Positions 24,599 to 35,700 of a stretch of DNA of 64,000 bases are shown here, one piece after another (within the stretch, counting starts at the first letter, position 1; each line of letters begins with the position of its first letter). The position numbers and the translations under genes were made by a program. The notes below the pieces were generated by a model. It searched no databases. It was not told where the DNA came from and saw nothing but the letters and a program-made list of their open reading frames with translations. This DNA comes from Trypanosoma brucei (lineage: Eukaryota): assembly GCA_000002445.1 (NCBI GenBank), contig CM000207.1, positions 2,432,001-2,496,000 of the forward strand. The letters run 5' to 3'.

Positions 24599-25285
24599 TC
24601 ACGATTTTGTGGAACCGAGAATTATACCACCAGGCTTCAAAATCCGCGTTGAATTATCAATAAGATTCTCAGGTGTATCATTCAATGCTTTAGACACTCT
24701 GCACAAAAGCGAAAGCGATCCATATATATCTTCTCCCTTCTGATATTTGTTATCATCAACATGAACGAAACCTTCTGCATTATCATTGTGGAACCCCACT
24801 TCAGTAAGCCACACATCGAAGCAATAAATAACAGCGGGGAAAAGTATGGAGGCATTCAGTTTTTGTCTACCATCACCACTCACACCCATTGCCAATAATA
24901 AATCTCCAATAATCGTTTGACGGATTTGACTTGCATCATCTCCATATTCAAGTCCCATGGGTTTGCAGTAATCTCTCAATGTTCCTACGAAACTTTGATA
25001 ATTCTTAAGCATTTTTGTGCGCCTTTGCTGCTCACTTGAAATGCATTGAAATGTACAAATGTCGGTGGTTTGTTCCACTTCCGTATGTGTGACAGCGCCG
25101 CCACCACCGCTTGAATCCGATGGCGTTTCATTATAAATAAATGTTGTGGGAGGAATAATTTGATCTTCTTTTGATTCCCCAACAAATATGGGACGGTCGT
25201 GAGTGCCAATAAAAAAATGATGTGAAGCTTTATATGATTCAGCCACACAACTCCGCCGGCTCGCATCCTCCGAGTTTCCGTCCAT
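24599..25285 (-). CDS. Hypothetical protein (229 aa from the ATG). The track ORF extends to 25324 through a TTG start within a poly-A/T tract.
   Basis: First ATG is at 25283-25285 (MDGNSEDASRR...). Complex, non-repetitive coding sequence on the minus strand within the minus block. The C-terminal ...ILKPGGIILG weakly recalls methyltransferase motif III, but no motif I is present. Confidence 0.45.
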   Translation of the reverse strand: MDGNSEDASRRSCVAESYKASHHFFIGTHDRPIFVGESKEDQIIPPTTFIYNETPSDSSGGGGAVTHTEVEQTTDICTFQCISSEQQRRTKMLKNYQSFVGTLRDYCKPMGLEYGDDASQIRQTIIGDLLLAMGVSGDGRQKLNASILFPAVIYCFDVWLTEVGFHNDNAEGFVHVDDNKYQKGEDIYGSLSLLCRVSKALNDTPENLIDNSTRILKPGGIILGSTKS

Positions 25286-26717
25286 TTGATTTTTGTTTTT
25301 TTTTATTTTTAAATTATTCCACAAAATTAATTAATCAAAGATATCTCGTTTTATTTTATTTTATTTTATTTTATTTTGTTTTTTTTTATCTTCTCTTTCT
25401 TTTTTGTCTGATTCGATTAACACTCAGTTGTTGCCAAACCTTTTCGTATGCACGTATAATTGCCTTCCTACGCATACGTGCGTGTGTGTGTGTGTGTGTG
25501 TGTGTTTTAAAAATAAAAAATAAAAAGGTAACCGGAGAAGAATTCTCATTTTGGATTCAGTACAAATATATAAATATATATATATATATATAGATAGATA
25601 GATAGACATAAAACTTATTTAAAAAAAAAAGCACAAAGATCAGAGAGCACAAAATTAAAATAAAATAAAATAAAAGCTGTGAAACAAGCACCATGGCTGG
25701 GCACAACTTAAGCACTAAAACACACCAACTGTTGTCGGTAGTGTTGTCTCCCACATAAACACGCACACCGCATAAGCATAAACATAAACACGCATGTGAA
25801 TATATGAGTGTATTTATACATTTATTTATGTTCATATATTTATGTATATTTATTTATTCGTACATTTGCATATTTGTTTGCCTCACTGTACTAAACGAAG
25901 GGGGGCGGGATTTACACCTCCCTTTATTTTATTTCATTAGTTTATACGTCTATTAATCTTCTCCCAAAGCATTTTATTTTCCTCTTTTTTTTTCTTTTCT
26001 CTTATTTTTATTTTTTTTTTTAAAAAAAAACAAACTCTCCTTTTCCCCACTCCTCTCACGTTTATTTGCATTCTTCTGTTTTTAACTAACTATTTCTTAC
26101 TTATTCTTCATATGGTAAATCTTGTCCTTTTTTTTTATGTTTTGTTTGTTTGTTTAATTTCCCCATTTTCCTCCTCTTTCTTTTTTTTTTTTGATATGTC
26201 CAAAAGCAACAAAAACAAACAAACAAAACATAAAAAAAAAGAGCAAACAAGAAGTACAAACAGAAGTGAGGAAAAAAAGAAGAAAAAAAAGCCTTGAGTA
26301 GCACCGTAGGAAAACAAAATAAAGATTAAAAAAAAGAAAAAGAAAAAGAAAACCGATAACAAAAATATGACATTGAGGTTGAGGGAGAATGAAAGGATAA
26401 TTTATTTTATTTATATTTTTTTTAAAAATTCAAAAAGAGAAACTCACAACGAAGTGGAAAACGAAAGGGGGGGGGAAACAGAAGCATCTAATTTTCGGTT
26501 TGTTTTTTGGTTTTTAGTTCTTGGTTTTCGGTTGGATTTAATTAAATCAGAAAGGACATCATCAACATCACAAAAAGCATGTGGGAAACAGTATTCTCCA
26601 AGAAGTGTAAAGGAGAAAGTGGAGAAAAAGGGAGCAAAGAAGGAGGAAAAAAGAAAAAAAGAAAAAAAAGAAAAAAAAAGCGCAATAAGAATACAATTCA
26701 AAAAAAAAAAAATCGAG

Positions 26718-27416
26718 CTACTCTGCATTGTAACCCGATTCCACTGCTTTTGCTTCTTCAATGGAAGGAGACGCAACTAATGGTTTCCTTCCCCTTTTCT
26801 TTTTAACACTCATCCCTCCCCCTTCTCCTTCATTAGGCGTCACCCTATTCCCAAGCTGATGTCTGGATAACTGAACAGGCTCCAATACGGGGTCGATAAA
26901 TTCTAACTTTAGGTTCACTGGAGTAACTTTGGGGTGAAGCACCGTTACTTTTAGGAAATTATCCAGCGGAACTCGTTTTGTTCCCAACATCGTTACATTC
27001 GTATCTATTATGTTAGGTGACATTGGCAGGAGTGTTGGCGCTGTGTTTAATGTTGCAGCTTTTGTGATTGCAAATTCGCTCATTTCCGCTTTACGAGAAT
27101 GTCCCCGCCTGCTGATGGGTTCGCTCTCAACAACTTTAACACTTTCTTGAAGGGCCAATTGTTCCATTCGCCATCGCTTTCGTGCGTGTTTGGCAGCCAT
27201 TTCATTCGGTGACGGTGTCGTTGGAACTGAAGTTGGGGTTGCTGGAGGTGTGCCCACTGGCGTTTGTAAAAATGCACCCGCCTCTTGTGCTGATGTAAAT
27301 TCTTCTGGTGTTGCTACCGTTGGTTCCTCTGCTCCTACTGCTATTACTTCTGCAGCCGCTGTAAACTGTGGTGGCTCGTCAATTAATATTTCATGCTCTT
27401 CGGTGAGGCTTGTCAT
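26718..27416 (-). CDS. Hypothetical Pro/Thr/Ala-rich protein (232 aa) with a basic KKKRGRKP patch near the C-terminus
   Basis: ATG start confirmed (cat at 27414-27416 on plus). Non-repetitive ORF. A T/P-rich stretch (TPVGTPPATPTSVPTTPSP) suggests O-glycosylation-prone or disordered sequence. No family recognised. Confidence 0.4.
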   Translation of the reverse strand: MTSLTEEHEILIDEPPQFTAAAEVIAVGAEEPTVATPEEFTSAQEAGAFLQTPVGTPPATPTSVPTTPSPNEMAAKHARKRWRMEQLALQESVKVVESEPISRRGHSRKAEMSEFAITKAATLNTAPTLLPMSPNIIDTNVTMLGTKRVPLDNFLKVTVLHPKVTPVNLKLEFIDPVLEPVQLSRHQLGNRVTPNEGEGGGMSVKKKRGRKPLVASPSIEEAKAVESGYNAE

Positions 27417-29692
27417 TACTGTTACTGTTACTATTTGTTGCTATTTGTTGATATTATATTGGTTGCCAGCGGGTCCCCAATTTACACCTGCAACTTCCCC
27501 TTCTTTCCCGCAAATGCCTATTAGTTTTGTGTGTTGGGATAATGGCGTCTCCACAACTGCTATAACAACACTTTGCAAAACTAGGTTCCTCTACACCAAT
27601 CTATCTATGCACCACTTAAATAATGAAAAGGGGGGAGGGAGTCACCCGTTCGTCCGCCTACCGTCACTTCCTACGATAAACACCAAACTGAAGACTGAGG
27701 GAAGGAAATAATCATAAGATAAGCAAAGCACTGCTTCAAAAAAAAAAGAAGAGAAGGAAAAACAGAAGCTGAGAGGCGTCACGCCACACATGCAATGTAA
27801 AAAGAAAGAAAGAAAGAAAGAAAGAAATCACACAAACACACACACACACACAAACGAGTTGTTACATAAACATATCACCGAGTACTCACCAAGGCACATG
27901 TGGAAGTGTGTGAAATACAACTTAACCCTCTCAGCATTCACGTCATTCTGCAAACCGTTTCGGCATTTGCAGCCGTGTGAGACAGTACCGCTAACAACAC
28001 AAAAAGTGCCGATACCGACACCCCGTAACCGGTTAAAGGAGGTGCGAAAAGCGAACATCACAGGTGCTAAAATAAAAAAAAAGAAACAAAAAGAAAAACT
28101 ATTGCCTTTCTTCCACTCTGTGTGTGCTACCTCTCCTCTATTAACCTGACTGAAGGCAGTGGATGATACAGCCCATGTGTACTTGTGTGTTTTGCCTGCG
28201 TACAAATATACATGTATGTATTTATTTATCAAAACAACATGCTGGGTAACAAGACGCGGGCTGGAGAATATGTTACAGCACTAATATTCCCTCCCTCTAC
28301 GATACGGCTCCTCCACACGATGTTTCGCGGCGTCCTCGAGCCCACAATCACCACATCAAACACACATGGTTGCCATTCGTTTGCACTCCAAATGCCTAAG
28401 CTGCTGTTATCGGGGTTTCACACAGGAAACTGCGTTTGCTGTTGCCACGTCACTTCTTCAAAGGAGGAGCTACCGGAATTATCATGACTCAATGCTTGCG
28501 TTGCATAATATCGAAAGAACGGCTGAGCTCAAAACTATTTTTGACAACTCTCGCGTCACCCACGGAAGCAGGGGTGGGGGAGGGTTTCCAGTGATTTTGA
28601 GCCTTGTTGTAAAAGTAAAAAAAAAAAACAACACAACAACCAACTTGCGCAAACACTACCTCTCCACCAAACAAAACGCATAAACTAAACGGAACCGGCC
28701 ATCGTGCACGGACCGCAGCCTCTGGAGGAGATCGTGTTGGATCATTCCTGTCCCTATGAAAAAGGGACATGTTAGCCGTTTAACAACCGTGTCGCCCAAA
28801 CTGGATTATCGCCGGATGTAAAGGTGGCATTGACACTTAGTAAGGGGTTGCCAGCAGGTAGTGAGAAGGTAGAATACAGGTGCGCATGTATATCACTCCA
28901 ACAACACTCATAGGCAAAGCGAAGTTAAGTGCTGTCAAAACCACAAACCGACTTCAACACGGAAGGAAGAGGGGCAGAAACCCGTTTTCATTTTCACGCC
29001 TAATGGCCACTTCAAGAGGCAATTTTATCATCATTTCTGTTTGGAAACCCATCCCCAGCCATCTGCACCGCCAGCAACCCCGAAAGCACCGCTGCAGCGT
29101 TGCTTGAACATTACAAGGAGTCTTTTACCAACCGTTTTGCTCCTCTACAACCTCCATTACACACGCTCTGTTTGCAATCGCATTAAAGTCCTTTTTCAGC
29201 TCCCGCAGACACCGGACGGGGGCCGCCAGTAATGCCGCTCTGCCTCGAATATGTTCAGCATTCTCCGCCGACACGATTGTTCGCATTCAGGTGCGTTGCC
29301 TTGTTGTTGGTGATGTTGGTATTTTTGCCTCTTTTCATCCTTCACGCGTCCTCCGCTTCTGTCTCATGGAAGGCCTTATATTGTGTCCTTTTTGGTTCCT
29401 TTGTTTTCGATCTCCTCTATCCAGAGTCTTCCACTTACACTCTCCACCTTAGTCCTCTTGTAAGCTTTTCTGCCTCCTATTTCATTTACCTTTCTCAGTC
29501 TCTGTGTCACTCCCGTCTTGATTCCCACTGATATCCTCCGTACCTACAAAATGTGTCATTTATTTCACCCGTTCGCAGTTTGGCCCTCGGCCCCACTTTG
29601 CCGATGGCTTATTTCAGCTCCTTCGACTATGACCGCTTACATGCCCTATTCCCCGTTAGTTGAATCATCTTGTACATTATTTCCTGCAATCC

Positions 29693-29914
29693 CTATACCA
29701 CCTTTTCGATTTTAACTAGGGACATAGAGGCATCTACCAAGTATCGGTTAGCGGTACGTAGCCCAGTCACCTCTGCGCGACATATGGGACACACAGTTGC
29801 AGTTGAAACACAACCTCGGCAAAATATATGCGTACACGGCAATAGTTCTACAGGATCTGACCACTGCTCCAAGCAGATGACGCAAGCCACAACATCAGAG
29901 GCGGGTGCTACCAT
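29693..29914 (-). pseudogene. Inverted partial duplicate of the RING-finger exon of the 40102-41121 gene (73-aa fragment; C3HC4 RING intact, no GTPase part)
   Basis: Encodes MVAPASDVVACVICLEQWSDPVELLPCTHIFCRGCVSTATVCPICRAEVTGLRTANRYLVDASMSLVK, which matches the N-terminus of the 40102 gene at about 98 percent. It diverges after SLVK and terminates. Beyond the duplicated 5' leader it has no upstream polypyrimidine tract plus AG. Confidence 0.7.
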
Positions 29915-29984
29915 TGGTAATGGTGAGAAGGGGACAAGCCCCGGCCGCCAATAAATAGGTGCTAAAAACGCCTTAGGAACCGCT
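29708..29984. repeat. Left arm of the inverted repeat (277 bp, about 98 percent identical). The partner arm is at 40031-40307.
   Basis: The reverse complement of ccggccgccaataaataggtgctaaaaacgccttaggaaccgc (29941-29982) equals 40033-40074. The match continues through the RING coding region to the ctagttaaaat / attttaactag boundary. Confidence 0.85.
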
Positions 29985-31278
29985 ATGGAAGAGAGGGATC
30001 CTCCAACACAAATCTGTGACCGAGTCTCAGCAATTCGTAGATCCAGAGAAGGTGTTTAATTTGAACATAGAAATCCTCCAGCGGTGTCATGAACTTACCC
30101 CCATTTCCACTACATCCATGCGCGGCAGAAGGCACTGATGAAAATTTTTAAAAAGGTAGTGGAGGATGCCATTACACAAGCTCCGGCAGGCGCAACCAAA
30201 TCTGTTGAGTGCAGCATTTCATTGTTTTGCACTTGCCTGTCGACAGCGAGCGTGGACTTGATAGTCATCTCCGATCGTTAGTACACCCAATGCGATCCCC
30301 TTCCTGATTTCCTCCAGTCAACAGTTAGGCCAAGGTGGTGGAAAGTCACCATTCATCGTTACATACAGAGCATGATAGAAAAAAAAAAATGTCCCCTGCA
30401 CACGAAAAAACAATGGCACGGTTGTTTGTTATGTAACCTGACCGTGTGTATATCCCTGTTTACACTCCATTGATGTATTAGCCTTTGTGTGAACCATTAA
30501 CTAGAAGGCGGTGACGGCATATTAAGCAACAAGAAGCATGATAAGATTTTTAATGAGGGAAAGAAAAGGTAAAAGGGAACAACATTATGGTATTGAGGAT
30601 ATAGCGAACATGATGCTCAGTAAATTCAAATATTAAGATAGCTCCACATCAGTTCACCGCACTGCGCAACGCGGTGGTGGGATTCCCACTTTTGTATACA
30701 TCAAGAAATGCAACATTCATAGTGTCGTTATCTGCAGTTGCTCAACAATGAGTGCGCCTTGGCGGACTCATTACCCCCATACAAAGCAAAACGGTAAATA
30801 AACGTAATGTTTTTGTGCCATTGTTCTTTTTTTCTTTTTTTCTTTTTTTCTTTTTCCCCCTCCCCTCGTTTCTCACGCAGTAGGAAGAGTAGCATACACA
30901 TACATACGTGTCAAGGGAAAGTATTTACCACACATAAATGTAGTTCGAATACCTAATATGAACCCATTAGTGATGTTAGTAGGCACGTACATTCGTTTTA
31001 TTGTTTGGCTTCATACGTCCTCATTCTGTATCACCCCACTCGGTCGTGCCTTCAGTTGTAGAGTGACAACATAACCCGGGTATGTTTTTCAAAGTTTAGA
31101 TTGAGCAAAAAAAAAAAGCAAATGGAGACGAGAGTGCAATAAGTGCGCACCCGTAGAAAATATGCAACCACAGAAAGAGCAAGAGTATGTTGAACCATTA
31201 CAAATGTACTGGACGGCAAGGCTCACATGACATGTAATCTGGGATATGGACAACAGTAGTTTCATATAATATACTACA

Positions 31279-32736
31279 TCACATCAAACGATCGACAAAT
31301 TTGTTTAACAGCGGAAAGATCGGCTTCGGGTCCAGTCCGACAGTGATGGTGGCATTCGATACGGACAACAGTAGTCCCGATATATTGAAGGGGAGCCTAA
31401 ATCCATGCGGATCTGCATTAAACAAAGGAAGACCTACCTCATCGAGAAACCGACGGATATCTGTATTTAGAGTCGTTGAGTTCAAACCATCGATAAGCGA
31501 AGTGCCCAGTTCTGTCACTACATCCATAGACGATAACTTCAGGTCTAATGTATTGTTGTCGATGGACATGTGCCTTACATTAGCGGTCAAGTTCACAACC
31601 ATATTCAACACAGTGAATGACACGTTGTCCTCCGATACCATTTCCAGTGTAAAATTACCATTACGTGAGTTGAAAATGAATGCTCCGCCACTAACGGTCT
31701 CCAGCCATGGAGGCGATGGCAACACAGCCGAGACGCCAAAGTTGCATCCACGGCACAACCTGAATAACTCTGGGTACATGGGCTCAATTAGTGAAGAGTT
31801 GTACCTTTCTGGGAGGAGTAGGGAAACATTTAGCATGCTCCAGTTATTGAGCAAGCGGAGTACGTTGTTTGCAGCTCTGTATGAAGAGGTGATACTAACG
31901 CTCCGATATGGAAGTGACTGATCCACTGCAAGAACCTCATCTTGCGACACTACTCGAGACGAGGACTCATCGGAAAAAATACCCATTAAAAGCTCTGCTC
32001 GCTGCTCAGTTATGTTTGGGTCCTTCATGTATATAATGGGGAAACCACGGAATATCTCTTCTGCCTTACTTTGTACGACAGGGTTGATAATACCCGGGAC
32101 TATTCGCTGTAGTTCGTTTTTGATGCTGCCCTTGAAGATATCTATGATTCCGTTGATAAGGTTGTTGAGAAGCTGCATACCTCGAACAGCAACTGTTACA
32201 TTTATTTCTCCAAGTTCAATCATCATATCCCTCACTGTTGCATTGAGCAGACCATCGTTTCTAGCGGATAAGTCCATAGCAAACGATGCATTCGCACCGC
32301 GGATATCGGTAGCGGACGTGCCACTAGGGCACAGAAGCGGCCACCAACAAAGTGGACTGTAATAAAACTTAGTTTTTGGCACACTGGCTGCCATGTCCCA
32401 CACCGAAACCAAAAGTTTATTCGGGCTCTTCAGTTTGAGGGACATGTTTCCAATCGTTATGTTTGATACCTGCATTTCTTCCAGCTTAATACCTTGCACA
32501 CTTTGCTCAGGAACAGTAATGTTTCCGATAAGTTGTCTCAGCACGCGGTGAACCATGGGCACAGCAGAAGTCACGACGGATTCATCAACGGCAAATTTCA
32601 CGCTACCGGGTGCGGAAGACACGGGCGCTTCTCCATACTGAATGCCGTGAACCTGACCGGATGCTGCAACAAAATACGGCGCCAGTACCACGGCGACAAA
32701 AATTACCGTGTATATTAGAGTTGCAGCTCGTTGCAT
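31279..32736 (-). CDS. Secreted, heavily N-glycosylated protein (485 aa), possibly GRESAG5/ESAG5-like with a BPI/LBP lipid-binding fold
   Basis: ATG start confirmed. N-terminal signal peptide (MQRAATLIYTVIFVAVVLAPYFVAASG). About 17 NxS/T sequons. Alternating hydrophobic beta-strand-like pattern, about 480 aa. The GRESAG5/BPI assignment rests on recall of size, glycosylation and subtelomeric context, not on a verified motif. Confidence 0.5.
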   Translation of the reverse strand: MQRAATLIYTVIFVAVVLAPYFVAASGQVHGIQYGEAPVSSAPGSVKFAVDESVVTSAVPMVHRVLRQLIGNITVPEQSVQGIKLEEMQVSNITIGNMSLKLKSPNKLLVSVWDMAASVPKTKFYYSPLCWWPLLCPSGTSATDIRGANASFAMDLSARNDGLLNATVRDMMIELGEINVTVAVRGMQLLNNLINGIIDIFKGSIKNELQRIVPGIINPVVQSKAEEIFRGFPIIYMKDPNITEQRAELLMGIFSDESSSRVVSQDEVLAVDQSLPYRSVSITSSYRAANNVLRLLNNWSMLNVSLLLPERYNSSLIEPMYPELFRLCRGCNFGVSAVLPSPPWLETVSGGAFIFNSRNGNFTLEMVSEDNVSFTVLNMVVNLTANVRHMSIDNNTLDLKLSSMDVVTELGTSLIDGLNSTTLNTDIRRFLDEVGLPLFNADPHGFRLPFNISGLLLSVSNATITVGLDPKPIFPLLNKFVDRLM

Positions 32737-35700
32737 TGATGAACTAATATATATTCGATCTACCCGACGAAAGCCACTACCTACAAAAGTAAGGTGAATT
32801 TGTGTTAACCCAAACGGATGTCATACAAGAATCAGTTGCAACAAATAACTGTTGGTACAATCGATAAAAGATAGTGTAAAAATTTCCGAAAGATCATTAA
32901 CGGTAAGTGTGTCCACTTCGGCAGGGTAAGTCGACACCGTTTAAAAAGTGAATAATATACAAAAAGAAATATATCACCTTCATCACATACTTACGACTAC
33001 TTGAAGTAACCTTCTAATGGTCATTGTTTGTCATCGATGCTTGACAGTTAAGCTCCGCAAAGTACATCTCGAACAAATATCTAACGAGACAAACAAAATT
33101 AAAAAGACTGGGTTACAACAAAGCGCCGCGTTGAAACAGTGTGGGCTGTCAATAGTTATTCTAACCGAAAAATGTCATGCTCCACCGTATCGAGTGGTGA
33201 CAGCATTGACGTACTGAACACATGTATGGAATAGTAACAACACCTTCCCATACTTCACTTTGTCCCTCACTTTAACGCACTGTATTGTTCATCACCTGAG
33301 CAAACACTCACTTCACTCAACCGACAGGTCTATGCAATATGAGTTAGAATCTAAGAAGCCAGTAGCTAAAATATATGAGAGGGCGTGAAGTCTTCAATGT
33401 CAACAGACGCGGCTCACTGTCATTACCCATTCCGAAACATGTTCATATCAATACCACCACTGTTTACATACCTTTGTCACGTCTTTCAGTGGTATCGCTT
33501 CAAATACAATATTCACTCCTGCTAACTGATGTCACGACAAAACATATTGATGGCGTTAGAGCCGTCGTCATTGCTGTCGCTGCGATTCTTCCCACAGATC
33601 ATAGCTATCCAACCACAAATTCTAGACGGTTTAAAAAAGAGGAAATGACCATGCGATCTTCTCAATAGCAACTGCTCCAGTCACATATTATCGAGAATAC
33701 AACACCCTAAAACATTCCCGTAAAGTAATGGTGTGTGCCCACCTATGACAAATATATTTGAACTCGTTAAAACCATAAGGTTTACATTTTTTAAAAAAAA
33801 AAAGTCATTCGTCCGTAAAGATAGCTTACCAAAGGTTAATGAATAATTGCCACTTTCACATCTCCTTGGCATCCATCATACCCGCTGTTCGTCACTTTCA
33901 GTCTTTTTTCCAGGTCCCCGCGTGGGCGATGGTATTCCTTATGAATCTTCCTCCACAATCCAAAAGTCCACAGGAAGCATGTTGATAATACATCAGCCGG
34001 TAATTCCCTTGATCCCCTCCTTTTTTCAGTAGTAGCCAACCCGCCTTCTGCAGGCAGAGTCGACAGTTGGTCGGTACACCTTTCCTCCTTAGTACTGACA
34101 TTAAATATCCGTAGACGCTTTTAGATGTGTCGAAATATATTGTGTATACGTATACATACGTATGCATATGCATATTACCACATAGTAGGATCGCGCAACG
34201 AGAATTCACCGCAGACATTTCTAAGCAACGCGTTTGTGGCACTTAGCTGCAAGCCTCGCCGGTTTAACCAAATCCACAATGAAATGCGCAAACGTGCCTA
34301 CAGGGAAGCACGTTACCAAAGCTCTCCACGCTCGTAGCACCTTCTGCAGCCCTTGTGTGTGTGTGGGGGGGGGGGGGGCGATCCACCCAGTTGATCCGTT
34401 AGACGTCTCCCCCATTGTTTCTTTCTTTTTTTCCAGCATTGTAATGCCACCACACCCACACACCGGCGGCCACGGCCCCAACAAACTAAAGATCCCATTA
34501 AAATACGTGAGCGCGTGAGCGGCGGCGCACGTCAGCATAACAAGGCGGCGCAAAACTACTTTTATTGCATTACATCGGTTACCAGCGCGTATTTGGCGGC
34601 GTCCATATTTCTCTTTAGTTTCCCTTTCTCAGGGCACCTCGAATGCCCCACTGCGTTTCTTGAGGCGAGCAGGTTGCCTCAGTCCTGCCAATGAAAGTAG
34701 GGCGAAGGAAGGGCACTTCTTCCACCACCTCCAACAGTCAAGCCACTCCGATGTGGCTGAACTGTCGCCGCATTCGCCCCTGATACTTCCACAAAATTTA
34801 TAACAATCACTTCGCCAAACGGCAATAAGACCTGACTGCCCACCGCAGTTGAGGGGACGGGGCCACGCTGCAGCACCGAGGCACTCAAGTCCACCTCGGC
34901 GTTGCCGCGTTCCTCTACCATCTCCGTTACTGGATAGCGGCGGTGGGTCGGCGGAACTCGTTGTTGAAAAATATAAATAGACAGTTTCATGTAGTGGACC
35001 GCCGTAATTGAATCCGGGTGAGTTGTGTTGTGGCCGCAGTTGTTAGGAAAGCGGATTCGCTGCAGCCAACCTGCGGTTTATCCGAAATATCGCACTGTTG
35101 TTGGTCCTCAAACCGGGTCGGGGCGGTGAGGCGGTGGCGCGTGTGCTCAAAGGGGGAATGCCGGTTAATTGGACGCTTACGAGTTTGTGAATATTGACGT
35201 GAAGGCAACTGGTATTGCGATTTTTTGTTGGTAATGTTCTCCCCTCCCTTTCCTTCCTTCCTTCCCATTCCCTCAAGGAGACGGCAGGGGAAATGTCGAG
35301 GGTACGAGTTAGCTGTGGTGATGAACGCTTCAAAAATGTGTCCTAAACTTTTTAGATATCTTACTGCGGAAAGTGTGGTGCAACATAAATACAGTTGCGG
35401 TTAACCCCACACGACTTTGTGTTTTGGGAGGGTGCAAAACAAAAACCAGAGAAGTTTAAGCGCGCCACTACAAATTTAGATGGGACCCACATCCCTTCAC
35501 TTAGCAAATTGCAGCTTATCCCGCAGAACTTTCTGCAGCCTGAATGAAATGACCCTTACCTCGGTTGGATGATCACCGGTTGTGGTGAGTTGCTTCCAAG
35601 CAACTGGGAACCGGCTGATGATCTCGCTTAGGGATTCTTTGTGAAAAGGCGTGGGATCTATGTGACATTTCAGTGTAAAAAGGAAAAAAGAAAGTGGACG

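Larger units (their letters stand above)
20100..28200. repeat. AT-rich, low-complexity, microsatellite-dense block. It contains (TAA)n, (TA)n, (TATAT)n, (CA)n, (GT)12, (GATA)n, (CCCTTT)4, (TTTTA)5 and poly-A/poly-T runs. It is interrupted by gene islands at 24.6-25.3 and 26.7-27.4 kb.
   Basis: Examples are (TAA)7 at 20166-20186, (TA)n at 20495-20533, 21876-21895, 22242-22262, 22421-22441 and 23479-23508, (CA)8 at 22393-22409, (GT)12 at 25483-25506, (CCCTTT)4 at 24201-24224, and a 9-bp unit TTAATT[C]AA repeated 5 times at 23297-23345. Confidence 0.85.

Noticed and set aside
20629-26806. Many ORFs rich in F/L/I/Y/K (for example 20980-21309, 22107-22550, 22893-23219 and 26135-26362)
   Set aside because: These are translations of poly-A/T, (TA)n and other microsatellites. 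They are low-complexity artefacts.
27404-27416. KKKRGRKP near the C-terminus of the 26718-27416 protein, considered as a possible AT-hook
   Set aside because: The core is G-R-K-P rather than the canonical G-R-P. A single imperfect copy is insufficient.
31301-31921. 206-aa plus-strand ORF, and 32012-32362
   Set aside because: Antisense shadow ORFs of the minus-strand secreted glycoprotein gene, with no independent support.
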